64,000 bases of DNA from Acidobacteria bacterium RIFCSPLOWO2_12_FULL_66_21 (GTDB lineage Bacteria > Acidobacteriota > Vicinamibacteria > Vicinamibacterales > 2-12-FULL-66-21), in the NCBI GenBank assembly GCA_001767455.1, contig MELC01000088.1:11939-75938 (forward strand), read 5' to 3'. Shown piece by piece: positions 20,011-28,525 of this stretch; the first letter of the stretch is position 1, and each line of letters begins with the position of its first letter. A program made the position numbers and the translations under genes. The notes below the pieces were generated by a model. That model saw only the letters and a list, made by a program, of their open reading frames with translations. It was not told the origin of the DNA and searched no databases.

Positions 20011-21693
20011 ATGCTGCGGTACCTGACGATTCGTCATCTCGCGGTCATCGATCGCCTCGAGCTCGAGTTCGAGCCGGGCCTCAACGTCCTCACGGGCGAG
20101 ACCGGAGCCGGCAAATCGATCCTGGTCGGGGCCGTCGGCCTGCTCGTCGGCGGCCGCGCGTCAGCCGACCTCGTCCGCACAGGAGAAGACGCGGCGGTTG
20201 TCGAAGCCATCTTCGACGCGATGGACGGGCGCGAGCTGATCGTCCGGCGGGAGATTTCGTCGCAGGGACGCAGCCGCGCCTGGATCGACGGTGCGCTCAC
20301 GACCACGACGGCGCTGCGCGAGAGCTGCGGCGGCCTCGTCGACCTGCACGGCCAGCACGAACACCAAGTGCTGCTCGATCCGGCTGCGCATCTCGAGTTA
20401 TTGGACGAATTCGCGGCGCTTTCGGCCGAGCGCGAGCGCGTGCGATCGGGCTTCGCGCGCTGGCAGCAGGCACGGACCGAGCGCGATCGCCTGGTGGCCG
20501 GCGAGCGCGAGAAGGCCGCGCGCGCGGAATTCCTGTCGTTCCAGCTCGCCGAGATCGAGCGCGCGGGCGTGCAGCCCGGTGAAGACGAGTCGCTCGCCGC
20601 GACCCGCCAGGTGCTGGCCAACGCCGATAGGCTGCAGCGCCTGTGCGGCGAGGCGTACGACTCGTTGTACGAAGGGGACCAGGCGGCGCTGCCGGCGCTC
20701 GGGCAGGTGTGGCGCAGGGTCGGCGATCTGGCCGCGCTCGATGCGCGCTTCGCGCCGTACCTCGACGCGCGCGACGCGGTCAAGTCGCAGCTCGAGGACC
20801 TCGCGTACTTCCTGCGCTCGTACGTGAACGGCATCGACGCGTCGCCCGCACGGCTGCAGGAGGTCGAGGATCGGCTCGCGGTCCTCGAGCGTCTGAAGAA
20901 GAAGCACGGCCCGACGCTGGACGGCGTCATCGAGACCGCCGCTCAGCTCAGGCGCGAGCTGCACGACATCGAGCATGCCACCGAGCGCGTGGCCGAGCTC
21001 GACACCGAGCTGGCGGCGCTGCGCACGGGGTTCCTCGAGGCCGCGTCGGGGCTCTCGGCGAAGCGGCGGGCCGCCGCGAAGGACTTCTGCCGCGCGCTCG
21101 AGCGCTCGCTCGCGGATCTCGCGATGGCGAGAACCCGCTGCGAGGTGCGCTTCGAGGACGCCGTCGACGAATCCGGCTGGACCGAACGCGGCGTCGAGCG
21201 GGGGGAATTCTACATCTCGCCGAACCCCGGCGAGGACCTCAAGCCGCTCGCGCGCATCGCGTCCGGCGGCGAGCTCTCGCGCGTGATGCTCGCGCTGCGA
21301 ACGCTCGCCAGCACCGACGCCGCAGGCAAGACGCTGATCTTCGACGAGGTGGACGCGGGCATCGGCGCGGCAGTGGCCGACGTGGTCGGCAACCGGCTGC
21401 AGCGGCTCGGCGGGCGGTTCCAGGTGCTCTGCATTACGCACCTGCCGCAGATAGCCGCGCACGGCGGGACGCACTACCGGATCGAGAAATGCGTGCGCGC
21501 CGGGCGGACCGTCACGCAGGTGGCTCGCCTGGGTGTGGACGACCGGCAGGAGGAGATTGCCAGGATGATCGGCGGGGCTGACCTGTCGCCTTCGGTGCGG
21601 GCGAGCGCCCGTGAAATGCTCGCGTCCCGGGCCAAAGCGAAAGGCGAAGAAACAGCAAAAGGCGAAAGCGAAAGTCCCAGGCGGAGGAAGTAG
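20011..21693 (+). CDS. recN: DNA repair protein RecN
   Basis: LTGETGAGKS, HGQHEHQ, ISPNPGE, ASGGELSR, IFDEVDAG, CITHLPQIA. Confidence 0.97.
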   Translation: MLRYLTIRHLAVIDRLELEFEPGLNVLTGETGAGKSILVGAVGLLVGGRASADLVRTGEDAAVVEAIFDAMDGRELIVRREISSQGRSRAWIDGALTTTTALRESCGGLVDLHGQHEHQVLLDPAAHLELLDEFAALSAERERVRSGFARWQQARTERDRLVAGEREKAARAEFLSFQLAEIERAGVQPGEDESLAATRQVLANADRLQRLCGEAYDSLYEGDQAALPALGQVWRRVGDLAALDARFAPYLDARDAVKSQLEDLAYFLRSYVNGIDASPARLQEVEDRLAVLERLKKKHGPTLDGVIETAAQLRRELHDIEHATERVAELDTELAALRTGFLEAASGLSAKRRAAAKDFCRALERSLADLAMARTRCEVRFEDAVDESGWTERGVERGEFYISPNPGEDLKPLARIASGGELSRVMLALRTLASTDAAGKTLIFDEVDAGIGAAVADVVGNRLQRLGGRFQVLCITHLPQIAAHGGTHYRIEKCVRAGRTVTQVARLGVDDRQEEIARMIGGADLSPSVRASAREMLASRAKAKGEETAKGESESPRRRK

Positions 21694-21696
21694 GGA

Positions 21697-23028
21697 GTGA
21701 AATACCTGATCGAGACGTTCGGATGCCAGATGAACGTGCATGACTCCGAGCGCATGGCGGGGCTGCTCGAACAGGCTGGCTACGAGTCCACCGCGGACGA
21801 GCGCGACGCCGACCTCATCGTGATCAACACGTGCAGCGTCCGCGAACGCGCCGAAGAAAAGCTCTTCACGCGCCTCGGCGAGCTGCGCCAGATGGCCATC
21901 GAGGAGGGCCAGCGCCCCGTGGTCGCCGTCGCGGGGTGCGTGGCACAACAGGAGGGACGGCACATCCTGAAGCGATCGAACGCCGTGGACGTGGTCATCG
22001 GCACCCGGAACCTCAAGCGGCTGCCGATGCTCGTCGAGCGCGCCGTCGAACAGGGCGCCGGAGCCGCACCCGCCACGATCGATCTCGATCCCATCGACGA
22101 CGTCTCGTTTCCCCTCGGGGTCGTGCGCCGGAGCGATCCGGTGAAGGCCTACGTCACGATCATCGAGGGATGCAACGAGTTCTGCGCGTTCTGCGTGGTG
22201 CCGTACACGCGCGGCCACGAGCGGATGCGCCCGGTCGCCGAGATCCTCGCCGATGCCCGTCATGCGGTGGATACGGGGGCACGCGAGATCCAGCTCCTCG
22301 GGCAAATCGTCAACCACTACCAGGCCCCCGACGACCCCGCCTGTGACTTCGCGGCGCTATTGGAGCGCCTGAACACTCTCGACGGCCTCGAGCGAATCCG
22401 GTTTGCGAGCCCGCACCCGCGCCACGTGACGCCCCGGATAATCGACGCCATGCGCGATCTGCCGAAGGTCTGCCGCCACCTGCACCTGCCGGTACAGTCC
22501 GGCTCGTCGCGGATGCTGGCCGCGATGCGCCGCCGGCACACGCGCGAGGAGTACGTCGAGCTGGTTGCCGCGCTGCGCGAGGCCATGCCGGACATCGCGC
22601 TTTCGACCGATATGATCGTCGGGTTCGCCGGGGAGACGGAACGGGACTTCGAGGAGACGCTGTCGCTCACTGCCGCGGTGCGCTACCACAGCATGTTCTC
22701 TTTCAAGTATTCCGAGCGGCCGAACACGCTCGCCCTGAAGCGCATGAACGACGACGTTCCGGAGGAGGAGAAGACGCGGCGGATCGTCGCGCTGCAGGGG
22801 CTCCAGAAGACGATCCAGGGGGAGCTGCACTCCCGGGCCATCGGCCGCATCGAGCCGGTCCTGGTGGACGCGCGCAGCCGCCGCCGCGACTGGGAACTCT
22901 CCGGCCGCACGAGCGGCAATACCGTCGTGAACTTTGCCGGGCGGCCGGAATGGATCGGGACGACCGTGGCGGTGCGCATCACCGGGGCAAACCCCAACAG
23001 CCTGCGGGGAGAATCGGTGAATTCGTGA
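21697..23028 (+). CDS. miaB: tRNA-2-methylthio-N6-dimethylallyladenosine synthase MiaB
   Basis: TFGCQMNVHDSE, NTCSVRE, radical-SAM CNEFCAFC, LHLPVQSGS, C-terminal TRAM domain. Confidence 0.96.
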   Translation: MKYLIETFGCQMNVHDSERMAGLLEQAGYESTADERDADLIVINTCSVRERAEEKLFTRLGELRQMAIEEGQRPVVAVAGCVAQQEGRHILKRSNAVDVVIGTRNLKRLPMLVERAVEQGAGAAPATIDLDPIDDVSFPLGVVRRSDPVKAYVTIIEGCNEFCAFCVVPYTRGHERMRPVAEILADARHAVDTGAREIQLLGQIVNHYQAPDDPACDFAALLERLNTLDGLERIRFASPHPRHVTPRIIDAMRDLPKVCRHLHLPVQSGSSRMLAAMRRRHTREEYVELVAALREAMPDIALSTDMIVGFAGETERDFEETLSLTAAVRYHSMFSFKYSERPNTLALKRMNDDVPEEEKTRRIVALQGLQKTIQGELHSRAIGRIEPVLVDARSRRRDWELSGRTSGNTVVNFAGRPEWIGTTVAVRITGANPNSLRGESVNS

Positions 23029-23106
23029 ATTTGTGAATTGGTGAGTTGACGACGGAAGCCGGTATCAGCCACGGAAATGATTCACCAAGTCACGAATTCA
23101 CCAAAT
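23016..23106. repeat. Inverted octamer arrays with conserved core, overlapping the miaB stop
   Basis: Core TTGACGACGGnnGCCnGTATCAnCCACGGA shared with 18506-18609. Confidence 0.8.
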
Positions 23107-23114
23107 ACTTCATC

Positions 23115-23143
23115 TTGACTTAGAGGGTGCCGGCTCCTAGCTT
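23115..23143 (+). promoter_or_regulatory. Probable sigma-70 promoter of the DUF151 gene
   Basis: TTGACT-N17-TAGCTT. Confidence 0.55.
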
Positions 23144-23165
23144 AGATGTGCGACCTGGGGACCGT

Positions 23166-23651
23166 ATGCAGATTGAAATGACGATCAAGGGCCTGATGGT
23201 GGATCCCATCACCAACATGCCCATCATCATCCTGCGGGACCGCGACGGGCAGCGCGTTCTGCCGATCTGGGTGGGCGTGTTCGAAGCGAACGCCATCGCG
23301 CTGCAGATCGAGAACGTGACCACGCCGCGCCCGATGACGCACGACCTGCTCCGGAACGTCATCCACGACCTCAAGGCGGACATCCAGAAGATCGTCGTCT
23401 CCGACCTCAAGGAGAACACGTTCTACGCGCTGATCTACCTGCTGGTGAACGGCGAGCCGGTGGCCGTGGACGCGCGGCCGAGCGACGCGATCGCGCTGGC
23501 GCTGCGGGCGCAGGCGCCGATCTTCGTGGAGGACGCCGTCATCGATCACGCCAAGACGGTCGACTTCGCGCCCGAGAAGGGGGACGCCGAGCGGCTCCAG
23601 AAGTGGCTCGAGAGCCTCGACCCCGACGACATGGGGAAATACAAGATGTAG
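23166..23651 (+). CDS. Bifunctional nuclease family protein (DUF151)
   Basis: LPIWVGVFEA, RPMTHDLL, DARPSDAIALALR. Confidence 0.93.
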   Translation: MQIEMTIKGLMVDPITNMPIIILRDRDGQRVLPIWVGVFEANAIALQIENVTTPRPMTHDLLRNVIHDLKADIQKIVVSDLKENTFYALIYLLVNGEPVAVDARPSDAIALALRAQAPIFVEDAVIDHAKTVDFAPEKGDAERLQKWLESLDPDDMGKYKM

Positions 23652-23790
23652 TTGGTGAGTTGGTGAATTCGTGAGTTGGTGAATTCGTGAGGGGTGAATT
23701 GTCATCCTGCCGTGGCCGTCCGGAGGGGTGGTTCGAGCCGCGTTCACAATTCACCAACCCACCAATTCACCAACCCACCAATTCACCAAC
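23651..23790. repeat. Inverted octamer arrays (TGGTGAAT ... ATTCACCA)
   Basis: About 6 units on the left and 5 on the right around a different spacer. Confidence 0.8.
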
Positions 23791-23814
23791 TACGCTACAA
23801 TCCCTCCCGTCCCG

Positions 23815-24570
23815 ATGATTGTCGCGATCGCAAACCAGAAAGGCGGCGTGGGCAAGACCACGACCGCCATCAACCTCGCCGCAGCCCTGTCCCTCCGAGG
23901 TAAGCGCACGCTGCTCGTCGATCTCGATCCCCAGGCGAACAGCACGATGTCGTACCTGGACGTCCGGACCGTGACCCGCAGCGTCTACGACGCCATCGCC
24001 GACGCCGACTGCGGCTTCGCGGACATCATCCAGCCTTCGTCGCAGCCGAACCTGTGGGTGGCCCCCTCGCGCATCGCGCTGGCCAAGCTCGAAGGGAAGC
24101 TGGTGGGCGAGCTCGACGCGCACTTCCGGCTGAAGGATCGTCTCGAGCCTATCCGGGCCGACTACCCGCACATCGTCATCGACTGCCCGCCGACGCTCGG
24201 ACTGTTGACCGTCAACGCGCTGGTCGCCGCAACGCACCTGCTCATCCCGATCCAATCGTCGTACTTCGCGCTCGAAGGGACCGACGACCTGCTCGAGACG
24301 ATCGAGAAGGTACGGGCCCGCGCGAATCCGACGCTGCGGATCCTGGGGGTCGTGATCACCATGCACGACAAGCGCACGTCGCTCGCGCGCGACATCCGAG
24401 CGCAGATCGACAAGGTGTTCGGCAGCAAGGTGTTCCGGACGGTCATCACGAAGAGCGTCCGGCTCGAGGAAAGCCCGGCCTACAAGGAGTCGATTTTCTC
24501 CTTCGCGCCGGAATCGAGCGGGGCGGCGGAGTATTACCGGCTTTGCGAAGAAGTCATGGATCGGGCCTGA
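23815..24570 (+). CDS. parA: ParA/Soj-family ATPase
   Basis: Deviant Walker A NQKGGVGKTTT, DLDPQAN, IDCPPTLG. Confidence 0.93.
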   Translation: MIVAIANQKGGVGKTTTAINLAAALSLRGKRTLLVDLDPQANSTMSYLDVRTVTRSVYDAIADADCGFADIIQPSSQPNLWVAPSRIALAKLEGKLVGELDAHFRLKDRLEPIRADYPHIVIDCPPTLGLLTVNALVAATHLLIPIQSSYFALEGTDDLLETIEKVRARANPTLRILGVVITMHDKRTSLARDIRAQIDKVFGSKVFRTVITKSVRLEESPAYKESIFSFAPESSGAAEYYRLCEEVMDRA

Positions 24571-24584
24571 TGCTGCGAACTCTG

Positions 24585-24789
24585 ACGGCGAACGAGCGAG
24601 AGCGAGGGAGTCACGCGATCGGAGCGAGCCGACGAAGCGGCGAGCGAGAGCGCGTGTGGGGGAGTCTGAGGGGCGCGAGCCCTGAACGGCGAACGAGCGA
24701 GAGCGAGAGAGCCACGCGATCGGAGCGAGCCGACGAAGCGGCGAGCGAGAGCGCGTGTGGGGGAGTCTGAGGGGCGCGAGCCCCTCAGA
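24585..24789 (+). repeat. Tandem duplication of a ~98-bp REP-like unit (period 101 bp) ending in a GNRA hairpin
   Basis: Copies start at 24585 and 24686 with about 2 mismatches; copy 2 ends in TCTGAGGGGC-GCGA-GCCCCTCAGA. Confidence 0.9.
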
Positions 24790-24809
24790 TGATGAGGAGG
24801 TCATGGACC

Positions 24810-25628
24810 GTGCCTAAGAGAGGACTGCCGGAATCGGTGCGGATGCGGCACGACGAGCATTACGTCGAGGCCCTCGCAAGCTCCGCGGGAGCTCCGATTG
24901 GCCGCGTGGTGCCGATCGACCAGGTGGATCCGAATCCAAACCAGCCGCGCCAGGTGATGGGGGATCTGTCGGAGCTGATGGCCTCGATCGCGGAGAAGGG
25001 GATCATCGAGCCCATCATCGTGCGGCAGCGCGGACGGCGACTCCAGATCGTCGCGGGTGAGCGCCGGTACCAGGCCGCCGTACAGGTTGGCCTGCGGGAG
25101 ATCCCGATCGTGATCCGCGAGGTGGACGACGACGAGATCATCGAGATTGCGCTCATCGAGAACATCCAGCGCAAGGATCTGACGGCGTTCGAGGAGGCGG
25201 AGGCGCTCCAGGCGCTGGCGACGCGGTGCTCGTACACGCACGAAGACATGGCGCGGCGGCTGGGAAAGTCGCGGACGGCGATTACCGAGTCACTGTCGCT
25301 GAATGGAATGCCGGACGAAGTCAAAAACCTCTGTCGGCTGGCCGACATTCATTCTAAGTCTCTGCTACTACAGATAGTTAGGCAGGGCCACCCCCAGAAA
25401 ATGGTGGCGCTCCTCGAGAAGATCTCGCGCGACGGCGGCGCTACGCGCGAAGCCGTCCGGAAAGAGACCGCGAAGCCCAAGCCGGGGCGGCCGAAGGCCT
25501 ACGTCTTCAGCTACAAGGCACCCACCAAGGCGTTCAAGCTGCAGCTCCGGTTCACCAAGTCGCGCGTCGATCGCGACGAGGTGATCGAAGCGTTGCAGGC
25601 GATCATCCGCGAGCTGAAAGAGAAGTAG
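24810..25628 (+). CDS. parB: ParB/Spo0J-family CTP-binding partition protein
   Basis: PNPNQPR, IVAGERRYQA arginine patch, ALIENIQRKDL, helix-turn-helix THEDMARRLGKSRT; GTG start with GAGGAGG upstream. Confidence 0.92.
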   Translation: MPKRGLPESVRMRHDEHYVEALASSAGAPIGRVVPIDQVDPNPNQPRQVMGDLSELMASIAEKGIIEPIIVRQRGRRLQIVAGERRYQAAVQVGLREIPIVIREVDDDEIIEIALIENIQRKDLTAFEEAEALQALATRCSYTHEDMARRLGKSRTAITESLSLNGMPDEVKNLCRLADIHSKSLLLQIVRQGHPQKMVALLEKISRDGGATREAVRKETAKPKPGRPKAYVFSYKAPTKAFKLQLRFTKSRVDRDEVIEALQAIIRELKEK

Positions 25629-25803
25629 CTTTTCAGCTACCAGCTTCCTGTTACCAGCTTCCAGTTACCAGCTTCCAGCCGCCAGTTTCCAGTTTCCAGT
25701 TTCCGGCTGCGGACAGGCGCTCACAGGTTCGTCGGCCGCGAGGCAGCGTGGCAGTGTGGATTCTCTCTGGCTCGAAGCTGGGAGTTGGAAACTGGGAGCC
25801 GGG
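25627..25803. repeat. Inverted CCAGCTT/CTGGAAA heptamer arrays between parB and dif
   Basis: About 10 units on the left and 4 on the right. Confidence 0.8.
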
Positions 25804-25822
25804 ACTGTCAACCAGCTTGTTT

Positions 25823-25850
25823 AGTTAACATAACACGTATTATCAGACCC
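25823..25850 (-). other. dif site (XerC/XerD recombination site)
   Basis: Minus strand GGGTCTGATAA-TACGTG-TTATGTTAACT (11-6-11); the XerD arm differs by one base from E. coli TTATGTTAAAT; intergenic and AT-rich. Confidence 0.88.
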
Positions 25851-25975
25851 ATCAACTATGCCCAGTGAAACACTCCTGTTGATGGTTTGCGGACGCCCGG
25901 TTAAGGTCGATGCCCTAGGGATCGCCCGCCGACCGCCCGCCCTCTCGATCGTGATATCGTTCGAATCCAGCCCCC

Positions 25976-28399
25976 ATGCTCCGCACGATTGACCGTTACG
26001 TGATCCGCGAGGTCATCCCCCCGTTCCTGCTCGCCCTCCTCGTATTCACGTTCCTCCTGGTCCTCCCGCCGGTGATGCAGTACCTCGAGAACCTGCTGTC
26101 CAAGGGAGTCTCCTGGCCGATCGCCGCGCGCATCGTCTTGACGTTGATCCCGCAGGGCCTCGGGCTCACGATCCCGATGGCGCTGCTCACGGGCATCCTG
26201 ATCGGGCTGGGGCGGCTCTCCACCGATCGCGAGACGATGGCGCTGCTGGCCTGCGGCGTCAGCCCCTACCGTTTGCTCCGGCCCGTCATGCTCCTGGCCG
26301 TGCTGGCGACGCTCGCGACGGGCTACGTGATGATCCAGGCCATCCCGGACGCCAACCAGACCTTCCGCGAAATCACCCTCGACGTGGTGAGCAAGCGCGT
26401 CGAAACGGACATCCGGCCGCGCGTCTTCTTCGAGGACTTCCCGGGCTTCGTGCTCTACGCCCGCGACGCCGCGCCGGGCGGCGGCTGGCGGGACGTGCTG
26501 GTCGCCGACACCAGAAAGCCCGGGGATACGAGGGTGTTCCTGGCGGCGCGCGGCCGTCTGATCATGGACCGCGAGCGGAGGGTCGTGGACCTCGTCCTGG
26601 CCGACGGCACCCAGTATTCGACGACGAAGCTTGGAGAGACCGACCGGGTCCGGTTCCTCGACGTTTTCCACATCGCGCTGGACGCCGACACGGTTTTCGG
26701 GCGCATGGACCTGCCGCGGGGGGTCACGGAAAAGACCATCGCGCAGCTTCGCGAGACCGTCACGGAGAAGGACCGGGCGAACCAGGCCAGCCGGGACGTG
26801 GTCCGCACGGAGGTCATCTCGCCGCACCCCGAGATCATGGCGATCCAGCAGAAGTTCTCGATCCCGGCGGCCTGCCTGATCTTCGCCGTCATCGGGCTCG
26901 CCCTCGGGCTGACGGTCGCGCGCGACAGCAAGCTGTCCGGCTTCGTCATCGGCATCGGGGTGATCTTCGCCTACTACGTCACCATGTTCCTGACCGACGC
27001 GGCCGTGAAGGGCTACTACACGACGCCGGAGTCCGTGATCGGGGCCTTCCGCTTCGCGAAGCTGGCGCGGTGGATTCCCGACATCGTCCTCGGCGCGTTC
27101 GGCGTGGTCGCGCTGGTCTGGCGGGCGCGGTATGCCGAACGAAACCTGCTGCCGTCTTCCGTGCGGTTCCCGGCGGGCTGGTGGCACCGGCCGGCGGCTC
27201 CCCCGCCACCCGGCCGGGGTCTGACCCCCGACGCGCAGGATCAGGGTCGGCTTGGGGTCAGACCCCGAATGCCGGGGCGGAAGGTCGTGGTCGTCGTGCG
27301 GGTCCCGCGCGTGCGGATCCCGGGACCGGGCATACTGGACCGCTACATCAGCCGCCTCTACGTCCGTGTGGTCGGCCTCTCGTTCCTCGCGCTGCTCGGC
27401 CTCTTCTACATTGCCTCGTTCATCGACCGCTCGGAGAAGCTCTTCAAGGGGCAGGCGACGACGCGGATGCTGCTGGAGTTCCTGGCGTACTCGACGCCGC
27501 AGTTCGTGTATTGGGTGATTCCGATCGCGGCGCTCCTGAGCGTGCTCGTCACCTTCGGCGTGCTCTCGCGAACGAGCGAGCTGACCGTGATGAAAGCGTG
27601 CGGGGTGAGTCTCTACCGGATTGCCGTTCCTGTCGTGGTGCTGTCACTCGTCGGGAGCGCGGTGCTGTTCGGCCTCGAGCAGGAGACGCTCGCGCGGGCG
27701 AACCGGCGCGCCGGCGCGCTCGACGACACGATCCGCGGCCGCCCGCCGAAGACGCTCAATCCGCTGAACCGCCGGTGGGTGATCGGCCGCGACCTCAGCA
27801 TCTACCATTACACGTACTTCGATCCGCGGCACAAGACGCTGTCGGCGCTGTCCATCTACCGTCTCGCCCCCGGGGCCTGGCGACTCGAGTCGCAGACCTA
27901 CGCCGCGACGGCCCGCTACCAGGACGGGAACTGGACCGCGGTCGGCGGATGGGCGCAGGATCTTTCCGGCACGACACCAACGTGGCGTCCTTTCGACCGC
28001 CGGACGCTCCCGATTGAGTCACCGGAGTATTTCGCGACCGATCAGACCGACGCGGACGTGATGACCGTGGCGGAGCTCCGCAAGCACCTCGCCGAGCTGT
28101 CCGCGACAGGCGTGGATATCGTGTCCGTGGCGGTGGAGCTGCAGCAGAAGCTCGCCTTCCCGTTCGTCACACTGGTGATGACGCTGTTGGCCGTGCCCTT
28201 CGGCGTGAGCACGGGCCGGCGGGGCACGCTCTATGGCATCGGCCTCGGCGTAATCATCGCACTGTCGTACTGGCTGTTGAGTTCCGTCTTCGTCGCGATC
28301 GGCAAGGCAGAGCTGCTCTCCCCCGCGCTCGCCGCCTGGACCCCGAACATCATCGTCACGGGGTGCGCGGGGTACTTGTTTCTGACGGTGAAGACGTAG
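25976..28399 (+). CDS. Fused LptF-LptG LPS export permease
   Basis: Two YjgP/YjgQ-type halves (IDRYVIRE...RLSTDRE; ILDRYISR...LSRTSELTVMKACGVS) joined by a Pro-rich linker. Confidence 0.9.
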   Translation: MLRTIDRYVIREVIPPFLLALLVFTFLLVLPPVMQYLENLLSKGVSWPIAARIVLTLIPQGLGLTIPMALLTGILIGLGRLSTDRETMALLACGVSPYRLLRPVMLLAVLATLATGYVMIQAIPDANQTFREITLDVVSKRVETDIRPRVFFEDFPGFVLYARDAAPGGGWRDVLVADTRKPGDTRVFLAARGRLIMDRERRVVDLVLADGTQYSTTKLGETDRVRFLDVFHIALDADTVFGRMDLPRGVTEKTIAQLRETVTEKDRANQASRDVVRTEVISPHPEIMAIQQKFSIPAACLIFAVIGLALGLTVARDSKLSGFVIGIGVIFAYYVTMFLTDAAVKGYYTTPESVIGAFRFAKLARWIPDIVLGAFGVVALVWRARYAERNLLPSSVRFPAGWWHRPAAPPPPGRGLTPDAQDQGRLGVRPRMPGRKVVVVVRVPRVRIPGPGILDRYISRLYVRVVGLSFLALLGLFYIASFIDRSEKLFKGQATTRMLLEFLAYSTPQFVYWVIPIAALLSVLVTFGVLSRTSELTVMKACGVSLYRIAVPVVVLSLVGSAVLFGLEQETLARANRRAGALDDTIRGRPPKTLNPLNRRWVIGRDLSIYHYTYFDPRHKTLSALSIYRLAPGAWRLESQTYAATARYQDGNWTAVGGWAQDLSGTTPTWRPFDRRTLPIESPEYFATDQTDADVMTVAELRKHLAELSATGVDIVSVAVELQQKLAFPFVTLVMTLLAVPFGVSTGRRGTLYGIGLGVIIALSYWLLSSVFVAIGKAELLSPALAAWTPNIIVTGCAGYLFLTVKT

Positions 28400-28525
28400 C
28401 AGGCAGCTGGCTGCAGGCAGCCGGCAGTGAGTCGCGCTGTACAGCTAAGTAGATGGTCAGCGTGACAGTGTGATCCACTGCCTGCTGCCTGCTGCCAGCT
28501 AACTGCCCGCTGCCTGCTGCCTGCT
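28399..28525. repeat. Inverted GCAGGCA/TGCCTGC heptamer arrays between convergent genes
   Basis: Visible tandem units. Confidence 0.75.

Noticed and set aside
24585-24789. Possible CRISPR array
   Set aside because: Only two ~100-bp tandem copies, no unique spacers and no cas genes.
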